DNA of 64,000 nt. Source: Auanema rhodensis. Its lineage: Eukaryota; Animalia; Nematoda. This document shows, piece by piece, positions 28,242-39,424 of this stretch. The notes under the pieces are model-generated. The model worked only from the letters and a program-made list of their open reading frames with translations, was not told the DNA's origin and did not search any database. Made by a program: the position numbers and the translations under genes. Where the stretch lies: the NCBI GenBank assembly GCA_964057225.1, contig OZ059898.1, positions 7,130,001-7,194,000 of the forward strand. The letters are read 5' to 3'. Every line of letters starts with the position of its first letter. Positions within the stretch are counted from its first letter, which is position 1.

Positions 28242-28559
28242 AATTAAAAAAAAGAAAAGGGATAATAGTAAAGTTTACTTATAGTTAACCCGTGTATAAA
28301 ACATTGAAAAAAAGCATTCAATTAAATAATATACAATGTAAATTAGAATAATAAAACTAGATTAATACATTTTAAAATGTTTGTATAATTATATATTTTA
28401 TATAATCTACTGTTTTATAAAATATTATTATTATTATTTTTTTATACAAAATTATAAAGATATAATATTTAAACAATTTAATCTTTTATATAATTATCAT
28501 TTACTTTTTCTAAAATATTTATATATAGTATGTACATATATTAGACTTCAATTCATTTC

Positions 28560-31500
28560 TTAGGCAGCTTTATCTTCTACAGCATACTGTCTAATGATTT
28601 GAATGGGTTTTCTACGTTCTGTAGCTGGATTTGGAATTCCACGTTCATGTTTTCGAATGTATTCTTCTACTTTTCCTCTGCTGATACCCGTAGGAAGACT
28701 GGCTTTACGTTGCAATAAAGCTGAACCACGACGTTGACGGCCAGGTGATATGGATCGGCTTTTTTCACTCTGAAGACAAGTAAAATATAAACAAAAACTT
28801 CAATAATAAAGGAGAATCATGCTATAATATGAGGTATTTTCTCTACTTTCTATACAATAGAACTTGTATTCTAAGCATTAAATGAAGCTTCATGCAACGT
28901 AAGGTTTACTAACTATGCTTTATGAAAAATTAATATTTGAAATAAGCATTAAAAGCCTAATTAAATTAAGTTGAAGCATTAATATGTCAGTATTACAAGC
29001 ATAAAGAAATTTTAAAATAAAGTAGCAAACCTAGCATGTTTAGCTGTCTCATTTCAAATCTGAGACGTATTTCATCTGAAACTTTGAATTAATATAAAGA
29101 ATATGTGTGTATATCTATATATGCATTCTGAAATTTTATAATCAAAAAGTTTCTTACCGTACTAACTAATTGGTCTCCCTCTTCTTCAATATCATCAGTA
29201 TTATGTGTTTCTTTATGTCTAAATATGAATTTATTAGTTTAAATGATTATTTAAAATATTTTACAATTGATGTAATCTACTGATCTTTCTTCGACCTCTT
29301 GTTGACGAACGTTTTCTAATATTAGGTACAGAATCTACGAAGAAACCTCTTCTCTCGGATGGTCGGTCAGTTCTGAAGAGAAATTAGATAAAAGTTATAA
29401 GAAGACGTTTTATCCAAAACGAATAGAACCACTAGTTTGGTTATACTCAGTTTTTGAATTGGGTTTGTCATTTACTTGAAAGGTTCAACTTCGCGACTGG
29501 ACAAGGGTGCTGCAGCACAGACTGGAAGAAATTGAGTTTTGTTATTCCTATACTCATCCAGCCGTCGAGCAATTTTTAAATAAGAATCATCTGTTTGTAT
29601 AATAACTTCCTATAATTTATATAAATTAGAAAAAAAATTGAAAAAAGTTTCAAACTTGACGTAAATCATCATCATAAATACTATTTCCTAGTCCGGATGT
29701 AGAACTTGAACGAGCACGATGTCTATACAGAATAATTCTTGAAATAGTTTTGTTGTTTTAAACTAACGTTACTCCAAGACTAGTACTTCCAATCATGCTA
29801 CAAACAGCAGATCGACACATCCGACTGTCCATACTGTCACACATTTGCAATCGTTCATCATTACCTTCGTGACATTCTCTGAATAATAAATGATAAACAA
29901 ACGTTGAAAGTAAAAAATAAACTTGAAATCTGTTTCACAGCTGCTAGCAACACTACGCGTTGCATATTTCTTATCAGTTTCGCCGTCTGTTTGAATCATA
30001 GTTGTCCTAGTTGTCTGAATAATTGGTGAGGTTGTACGGTCAGTATTCTCACGACATGAAGTTTGAATTGAGCGATCAGCTTGTGATACATCAGACTGAA
30101 AATGAATAAACAATAATAAATTATAATTAAAAATTGAAAAGTTCACCTCATCAGTCGCCATAGTCTTTGATACTAAACCTAGATCAGTAGAAGTACTAGC
30201 TGATGATTGCGGTACTGTAGTTTCATGAATGGAAGTTTGAATTGACCGATCATGCCCATCAGGTTTTTCATTTTCACGTAAAGATGTTTGAATAGAACGA
30301 TCATTATAGACATTATCATAACTTTCAGAAGACATTAATGTTTTTGAACCAAGTTTTTCTTTTAAATTATTGTTTAAAGGAATAGGAGATGTAATAGCAT
30401 TTGTTCTATTAATTTCATCCGTAGCAATAGAACGATCAACATTATAATGTCTGAAATAGTTTCTTTATCTTAATTAAAATAAATAATTTCGAACATACAT
30501 TGATGTTTCTACACTTTTATCTCGCATGTCATATTCTGCATCAACACTTGTAGATATCAAATTAGAAAATCTTGCATCCGTAGCACGATTCTGTAACAAA
30601 TTTGTGCTGAAGAAAGTTATTTGGGGGAAAAAACGTCAAACCTGAAGTTGTTGAGTAAAAATAGGATCAGTGCCTCGACTATGTGTTGAGTAGATAGATG
30701 TGTTCATACCTTGATCCTAAATTATTTCACATAATATTATAAAAATATAATATATACATACAACATTCCATCTTTCATCCATACTTCCACTCATTACACT
30801 AAGAACTTCAGCCATTATCTCACGATCCTGTAAGATAAAATAAGAATAGAAGTATTAATAAACTATTTATTACAGTAAATTCACGCTTAGCATCGACTTC
30901 GCTCAAAAATAGTTGAGAACTTGATAAACCAGCGGATGATGTACTTCTATCCACTAACAATGGATTTACCTTTGAGCTCTAATAAATTCATTTTTAATTC
31001 AAAATATAATATTCAGAGTTAAAACCTGTAAAGCTGCTAATCTTAGTATAATTTCATCCAGTTGAAACTGAGCAATATCTGTTTGAACCTCTTGAGATAC
31101 TCCATAATGTTGTTGTTGTTTTGAACAATTTTGACAATGATCTCCATGTTGTTGCTGTTTCTCTGCTCGAGCAGATTTACATTGCAAACTTTAAATATTT
31201 GTATCATTTTATAAAATAAATATTTATATTAACCTTATAGAATCCATTGGTAAACTAGTAGCATCAGAAATAGAATCTTGATCATCAAATGCTATATCTC
31301 TGAGAGGAATTACTTCATCAACATTCGTATGTTGATGAGACCATTGTGTTTCTTGATGTTGAGGTAGAGCCATACTAATTGGATCACAAGCCATGCTCTG
31401 AAAATAAATTCAATTAATATAGTTTTAAGATAATTATCATATATATTTTATTACAAATTAGAAAAGATAGCTTACATTAGCAGTAGCTTGAACTTGTGTT

Positions 31501-34500
31501 CCTGTCATACAGAATGCAGGTGCTTCAGTTTGAATATTCTTATTATTCTGATCACGAACTAATCTTTCAAATTGCTCCGCCTTAATATAACTTGTTGTAA
31601 CTCTTAATATGATTTAAGCTTTACCGTGTGTTCAACATCCGCCGCTTGTTTCTCTGTGATAAGATTAGATAGGACACATTGAGCAAATATGCCTTCATTA
31701 TCCATGATATCTTTAAGTAATTGGCCTTCTCCCATAGCTAATCCACGTTGTATAGCTTCTTTATATTTTTTCTATAAAATATTATATTTTATATATTTTA
31801 GAAAATATATTTAACCTGCATTCGTATTTTTAATTTACATAACCATTCTTCTATTTTGATTTGAATAACAGATAGAAGCATAGATACAATAGATAATCCA
31901 ACTATTACCAACCAAAACATAAGAATAAGCATTCTTGGACAATCTGGTACAACATCACCTACAAAATCATAAAATATAAATTTTTATAAACTTTTAAATA
32001 CTAACCTAAACCGATAGTTGATAAGGATATTACAAAAAAGTACAATGAGGTAAAGAATGTCCATTTTTCTTCCCAAAAAAGAAAAAGAGCAGAACAGGAA
32101 CAAATCCATGCAATACATATAAACAAGGCTAACCATATTGGAATTGTTCTATAGATTAAACAATGAATATATTATTATTATATGAAAAATATACCTTGAC
32201 TCTTCTTCCTCTTCTTCGCTTTCATCAACATCCAAATGAGTTCCTGATTCTAAGTCCAAGTTCCTATAATTATTTTGTCAATTAAATGAAAAATAAATTA
32301 ATTTTACATTGTATCCAAAGATTTCTTTTTTTCAAATTCATGTTCCCTAAAATCAATAAATGAATAAAATATTTTAAATAATACAGTTCTAACAATTTCT
32401 CTCGACATCGTTTAGCTTTCTTCTCCGTTCTATAATTTTGCCACCAAAGTGTTACTCTATCAGTTAAGAAATGACCATATTGTGAAAGAATAGTAAGAAC
32501 AAGTGGAATACCTATAATATATAAATTTATATTTTAATATTTATAAAGTTTTTACCAATTATAGCATATATTACTGTTAATGATCTACCAACTAATGTAC
32601 GTGGAGCAATATTACCATATCCTAAAGTATTGGTTTTCAATAAAGTTGAACAAAGTTCTTCATAACATTACCTATAGTTGTATAAATAGTTCCAGCATAA
32701 TACAATGCTCCCCATATATCCCATTCTAAAGCATCAGGTAATTTGATACGGTTGCACTCATTTTCATAACGAATTAAAATATCTCTAAATTTAACGAAAT
32801 AAAATATTTATAATTAAATTTTGATAAGAACCTAGATCTTATAGTTCCTTTTCTTCCATCTCCTTCGTTTATTATTCGAGCTAAAGCAGATATAGTTGCA
32901 TTTCGTAAGATACTTAGTTCATTTTCTTCTTTTCTGAAATGAAAAAACCTCAGCATGATTAGTAGATAATTCTGTGATTTCAAATCTACAATGTCCCATT
33001 ATTTCAAGAATGATTGAAAATCGTTAATCACCGACAAGAGAATAGGCTAAGCAAGAAAGATAAACACAATGATATAAGATAGAAGAACAGAAGTTGTATT
33101 AACCTAATCGAAATTGATAAAGAAATATCAAAAGAATTCGTTAAAAATTAAAAATTATATGACATATATAGTATAAACTTACTTTCTCAACTCTTTTTCA
33201 TGTTCATGCTCAGCTACATAAAATGTCCAAGCTCCCATTATAGTATATAGTAATAAAATAATAGTCGGTGCATAGTTTCTCATACCCCATTTATCATAAT
33301 AATATCTGGCCTTAAAATTGTATTTATTAAAACTTTAAACTTCAAAACTCTATACTTTTCCAAATAACGTTACAGGAGGAGGACCGATTCCAGCCAAACC
33401 ACCTCCAAACTGGGTGGCTCGACGCTCAGTCCCGGCCACACTACCTAGTCGAGAAGTATGTGACAACATCTGGAAAAAATATTAATCAAAGTTTTATGTA
33501 AAATTTTAAGAAAAAAAGTTTGAAAGAAGAAATTTTTTTTTATTTTATATACTGAAATGTAGAAATAAAAATAATGAAATTCCTTCAACACCCCCCCCCC
33601 TCCCATATTGCTATTCTCTCAAAAAGTCAGCTGCTATTGAGAGATATTAGTCTATTAAACAATGAATTCAGAAGATGATGATAGACTTTTACGACGTCAC
33701 TGATGAGATGATTTTTGAATTTTTACTGATTAGTAACATGTTGAAAACAAAAAAAAACTTACATCTAACACAGAAAAAGAAGAAAAGCGATATTTAGATC
33801 CAAGAGATGTTCCTGAGAGTTGAGAAGTTGGTCTTGAAACTCTTAAAACATACAATTTAGAATAAATCAATATTATATTTATTATATGAATTTGTTCATG
33901 AATATAAGTATTAAAAGAAAAGAATTGCAGTAGATGATATTCAATATATGATGAAGGAATGATTGGAAACTTTAAAACTTTGACAATCATTGCTCAAGTA
34001 CGTAACGTGAGATGACTTAACATTATACGAAGTGAAGTTATTGAGTAATCTCTAACACTAGATAGTATTACAAAAGTCGAAAAAACAGAAATATTGTTGT
34101 AAACAAATAATTTTTGAAACAAATTTTTTGACCTAAGAAATTAGTTTCAATTTTAAATAATACCGTGTAATTACTTCAGTTTATAAAACAAAATACAAAC
34201 TAAAGTCATTAAGCTCAGGCTTTCAATTTAATATCAAAAGATAAAGAGCAAAAGTTAAATAACATAGAACAGTATTAGTTCTTGAGATTGATAGATCGAA
34301 TGAACTAAGTGAGCGTAACCTGAGATATATTTCAGGTGTTGTAACTCGTAAAAAATATGGTGAAAGAGAAGAGATAAAGCAAAAAAGTATAAAATTCACA
34401 TAAAAATAGAAAGAACTAGTGCACATGCTACAGGACAAAAATTGATTTACCTCGAAAATGAATAAAAATACTTTATAAGAAAGCAATCAATGCTGCAAGC

Positions 34501-35762
34501 TTAACTTCTCTGTTTTAGATTTCAAATATTTTCTCTTTTAATCAGCAACTGTTTCTCCAGCTTTAACAAGCTTCAACTAGCTATGCAAATCACATGTGCT
34601 TCAGTCTGTTCGTCTTTCGAAACATTTCAGAAGTTTGTGTTATTTGATGGGTTTGAATAGCTAAGACATGCCAATTTGAAAAATGAAATAATTTTGAACT
34701 TGAAAGTTAAGAGCAATGAAATGAAAAAAGTATAAAACAAAGACTAAGAAGAGGATAAGTAGTAGAACTTAACAAATAGCAAAAAGAAATTGCTATTGAT
34801 AAGATGTAGAAGAACTCAGTAACAGATGAATGAATGATGAATCTCTAATGAGAATGAAGGAAAATATCATAGTAAGCAATAATATTAGAATGGTTTTTAC
34901 AAACTAGAAGATCAAACTGATAAATAAGTTCATCTACTAAAATATCAATAATCAATGATTATTTTATTAAAATCAAATATAAAATGCTTTCATAAACTTT
35001 GGCTGAAATCACTGAGACAACAGTTGGCCCAGCAGTACTGCTCGAAAAAACAAAACGAAAACTTCAACAGCATAAATTTTCTCCCATCTTGAATTTTTTT
35101 CTTATTATTCTTGATAACCTTGTCTTCTAGGTTTCAACCATAAATATAAAATATATAATATATATTTAATTTAATGAAAATGGGAACATGAATATAGTAC
35201 TAAAATTAAATTATAAAAATCTTGTTGTGTTTATCATTTATTGAGAGTTTCCCTAAACTCACAAATGAAAACTTCACAAAATTTGAGCGATAGCTGTGTA
35301 ATTCTATGGAACAGGAAGCTAAAATTGTGACAAAGCTTCTTGAGATAATCAGAGAACAGTGACATCTAAAATAACAGATGCACTGAGCCTTTATTCTGCC
35401 ATACTAATGGAATAACGAGGCTTTTAATGATTAAAAGAAGTGAATTGAAAAAGAAAAAAGAAATAATGAAGTCAGACAACAAGCTGATGACAAAATAATT
35501 CTGAGAGATATGGATAGGTAGTGAGAAGATGATCAATTTTTCGCCGATTAGTAATAAGAAATACAAGTTGTAGAATTAAATATATAATTTTTTTAACCTT
35601 TTTCTTATAAAATTATGTTTAGAAAATCAAAAATGAAGCTTAGAAAAGGGAAGAAGAATTAAAATACCTGGCATTATCATATTTACTGTTCAGTAAATCA
35701 TCTGTATATCCTTCAGCAAGTTGAGTCGTTGTTTGTGATAAATGATGTAACGCCGAAAACAT
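28560..35762 (-). CDS. Two-pore-domain (K2P/TWK) potassium channel with a very long C-terminal tail; the 5' exons at 35.7 kb and 33.8 kb are less certain than the core starting at 33470
   Basis: Pore 1 WDIWGALYYAGTIYTTIGYGNIAPRT and pore 2 WTFFTSLYFFVISLSTIGLGDVVP, with four TM segments. Exon phases are consistent through to ..YAVEDKAA* at 28560. The specific twk ortholog was not recognised. Confidence 0.9.
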
Positions 35763-36303
35763 TCTGAAATGAACTATGAAAAATTGAATTAAATCAATAA
35801 ATCTATAAAATAATTAAGTTAAAAGAAGTGAACTTACTTCTATGTGAGGCTTAGTTGGGTGACACCGATGGCAGTAAACAATAAAAGTGTAAGACGGCTG
35901 GTCCATTTGCATATCACTCTTACCGCCAACCTAGTATCGATAGATTACATATAGTAAAGCAAAATTCTATTTTGGTTGAATGGAATCAATGAAATATTAA
36001 TGAATGAAGTAGCAGCTAAATTATTTTATTTTAAAAAAAGTTGACAAATTCCGAAGTATAAGAATAGAATTTCTGTATAAGTTGTAGCTTTTGATGCTCT
36101 AACCTATTTAATCAAATAAGATACTCTTCAAATTTAATTTAATTTGAATAAAAATAAGAAATAAACAAATAAATAAAAGCATAAATATTATATTATTATA
36201 TACCATTAAACACATAATATAATATATTAAATTATTAAACAACATCAGATTACTGTAATAAATAAGAAAAATATAAGAAAATCCGAACAGATGATTTTGA
36301 TCC

Positions 36304-37875
36304 CTACGGACTGTTTTCAGGAGTCATTATCGAAAGACTCATTACTCTTCCAATTCTATTTCTTCCCTGAAACAAAAAATTATTAAAATAATATCCTACT
36401 TGACTTCACCTCTTTGAAACATCCACTTATGGAAGAGCAATCTCCCATTGATTCATCTACAAGACTTTTGTGTGAACGTTGACAATCAACAGAGTTTGTT
36501 CTATCTCCATCACAAGCGAATAGCGCTGGCATATAATTATATTTTTATCAGAAAATAATTTCTTACTGATGTTGTTCAAATCGGAGGCTGAATCCGACGT
36601 GGCTGTACCACTATACGTTTCAGTGGCAGCAAATAAATTATGACACATCTAAATTCAATATAACTTTTGAACATTATAAGTTTATAACCCTATCAAGTGT
36701 TCCAACTGTTCCTGCCGTACTTGCCGGATTAGTAATCATGTCCTCTTCATTGTCTACTTCATTATTTCGCTTAAATCAAGTTTGAAATCTTTCTAATATA
36801 CAACGAATACCGTTTCTTCAATAGCATCAGGGATTTCACTCACAGTTTCCTCACATGGCAGATAAACAGATTGCACTTCGAGCATACACGTAAAAAACAA
36901 TACAATTTTTAAAAAAATACAACATCTAATTTATCTGTGATGCGCAGTTGTTAGTTTGATATGAGATAAGTCATACGATAGTGCTCTAGGATCCAAGTTA
37001 TACAACTTATCACATGAGTAAAATCCTTCTGCCTGGTAATGTGGCGGAGCGTCTAAAAGTTATGATAATGTTATCAACGGATGTGTCTTATACCAGATGT
37101 ATATATAATACGAAAGCCAGCATTTTTATTTTCCGGCAGTGGATTTAATATTTTTCTATAAAAACTATTTTTGAACCTAAATCAAGCATATCAAGCTGAC
37201 GTGCAAAGTTCCTTAACCAAGTATAACAACTGTCTAGTATTTTGTTTAACATGCTCAGGTCCTTTATATTTAACAGGAGTTACCAACTCACCACCTCCAC
37301 TAAAAATTAAAATTATAGAATTGCATGTCAACATCTAAACAAATTGCCTTATGAATGATGCTGAAGTGTTTCCATCAGTATAGCACATTTTCCAAGTGTA
37401 TACTTCCACAGCAGAATCTATATCATGCTCATTTTCCCCAACCTAAAAGAAAAATAACAATTTGAGTTATGTTATTAAATATATCTTACCACAAGCATGA
37501 ATGAATCCAGAAATCGTAACTTTATGGCTTCACCAAGCGCGCGAAACTTATTAGCTATGCGCAAACCATATTTATCTTCACTATTCATTACATAGGTTTT
37601 AATAATCCCTACAAAATGTTTTTGGAAGAAAAGAAATATGTTCGATGTTACCTTCAATTGTTTTTTTCTTAAATAAATGACTGGGTAACAACTTTCGTTT
37701 ACAAATAATATATACAAAAACTAGATAAATACAACGCAAAAAAAAGATATCCGAATCGTTTTTTTCCTCAAAGCTTTTAGGAAATGTGTCTTCCCACTAA
37801 AAAAATATTTAACAACTTTCCATTTTATGAAACTACCGTGGAAGTTTTCTTTGATTTTGTTTCTTCTGTAGACAT
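36304..37875 (-). CDS. Meiotic HORMA-domain protein, HIM-3/HTP family (paralog 1, with C-terminal tail); needs one GC-AG and one AT-AC intron
   Basis: WEDTFPKSFEEKNDSDIFFLRCIYLVFVYIICKRKLLPSHLFKKKTIE, ALGEAIKLRFLDSFMLV, EVYTWKMCY, RIIYTSDAPPHYQAEGF and LTTAHHRCMLEVQS follow the HIM-3/Hop1 HORMA pattern. The tail ends GRNRIGRVMSLSIMTPENSP*. Confidence 0.85.
36890..36934 (-). other. 45-nt AT-AC intron in HORMA paralog 1
   Basis: CACAG|ATAAAT...TTTTTTAC|GTGT. Removal deletes an in-frame TAA and yields TTAHHR-CMLEVQS. Confidence 0.75.
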
Positions 37876-38077
37876 TTTGAAACAACCGGTTGGTACTATA
37901 TCAAAATAAAAAATGACAAAGTCCCTGCCTTTTTATTTTCTCATATTCGGTAAATGGCACGTAATATATTATGAAAACAAAGTAAAAATTTTAAAATTCG
38001 GAACATATAAACAATAAGTATATAAAAATCATTTTAAACATTTTAAACATATGGGTCTTCTCAGAAGTAATGATGGA

Positions 38078-39118
38078 TTAAGGAGTAAAATAACTAGTCA
38101 TCACCGTCATAATACCTGTGAAATATATGGAATAGATGTGGAAAAATAGCTGAGCTAAAACCAATATAAACTTTAAAACTTATCTTTCTTTTTTTCCCAC
38201 TTCATAATTGGAACATTCAATAGCATGAGCTATATCATTTAGCAGATAATCGCCACAATCTTCAAAATTAGGTAATTTATAATCCGAAGGAGCATCTAAA
38301 TTATCTCATATAAATGGTAAAATCAAAAACCGAATCAACATATTGAATACTTGACTTGAAAGCTAACTGTCAGTTTCTCAGGTAATTTTTTAAGATTTTC
38401 TCTAAATTGATATCATGAGAAATAAAGAAGAACTGTACAACATTACTTGCATACAGCATTCAAGTATATTAACAAATTCTTCAATTCATTCTTATTAGAA
38501 TCTTCAGCATTTGCTTTTGTTGATAAATTATCATCTTCTCTGAAATTTTCTATTATAAAAAGGTATTATCAAGACATTACTTTTCAGTTGAAACATTATT
38601 GTCTTCGTCATAATGAATTTGAAAGCGAAATACTTCACTAGCCTTAGCAGGATTAGAAGAAACGCCAAGCTGAAATATAAAGTAAAATATTCATAATTGA
38701 AATAAACAGTATTACCACCAATACAAATTCTTCTATATATTTTAATTGTATTGCACGTTTCAAGGATTTGAAAATATTCAACATTTTGAAACAAATATCT
38801 AGTTTACTGTTTAAAGTATAGATGCTTAGTCCAGCTGAAATAAGAAAACAGCTTAAAATATGCCTGAAATACCAAACGTTTTAAAATTATTTTTTTGAAT
38901 GCTTCAGGTGGGAAAATACGTCTTCGTTTCATTATTAATGAAAAAGCTAAATAAATGCTTCTGGTGATATAATGAACAGAAGCGCGATCAGTGTCACCAG
39001 ATTCATTATTCTGAATAATGGACTTATACTTTGGATGACATAGGAGATTAACCTTTTCCAGAAACTTACCCAAATCAATGTTTATTGTCAGTTGACTTGA
39101 TTCGGAAAAATCGGACAT
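38078..39118 (-). CDS. Second, divergent meiotic HORMA-domain protein (paralog 2, essentially HORMA only, ~250 aa); needs one AT-AC intron
   Basis: YITRSIYLAFSLIMKRRRIFPPEAFKK, SLKRAIQLKYIEEFVLV, EVFRFQIHY and VKYSIYAPSDYKLPNF align with paralog 1, and most intron positions and phases are shared. Confidence 0.8.
38118..38183 (-). other. 66-nt AT-AC intron in HORMA paralog 2
   Basis: GAAAG|ATAAGT...TATTTCAC|AGGT. Removal deletes an in-frame TAA and yields KKER-GIMTVMTSYFTP*. Confidence 0.7.
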
Positions 39119-39424
39119 TCTATTTCTGAAGTTAAAAATTTGCTTTCAGAACAATAATGCAGAATAAAGAGAAATTAATGTATATTCAAAAAAAAACGAA
39201 AAAAAGTTTCAAAAGTAATCTGGAACTTTTTCTTAGAATTTTTTTTACATAATCATGAACCTCAAATTTCAAAATATTCTGAAATCTTATTAAAGATTCG
39301 GATAAGCAAAGGAAATTGTTTACAATACAATATTCAGCAAGAGTATATTTTATTGGAATATCCAAACAAAACAATAAACTTATAAAAATCAACAATCTAA
39401 TTAGCTCTATTCATCTAATAACTT

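Noticed and set aside
36926-36976. Canonical 51-nt GT-AG intron (TC|GTATGA..ATTAG|A) as an alternative to the AT-AC intron in HORMA paralog 1
   Set aside because: It is in frame, but it deletes the HORMA T-x-HH motif and translates a T-rich, intron-like stretch (CCIFLKIVLFFT). No equivalent solution exists in paralog 2. It is disfavoured but cannot be excluded without cDNA.
36890-38183. U12 (minor spliceosome) classification, stop-codon readthrough or pseudogenisation as explanations of the in-frame TAA codons
   Set aside because: There is no ATATCCT donor or TCCTTAAC branch site. The skipped segments look intronic, the other exons are intact, and TAA is used as a normal stop elsewhere in the window.
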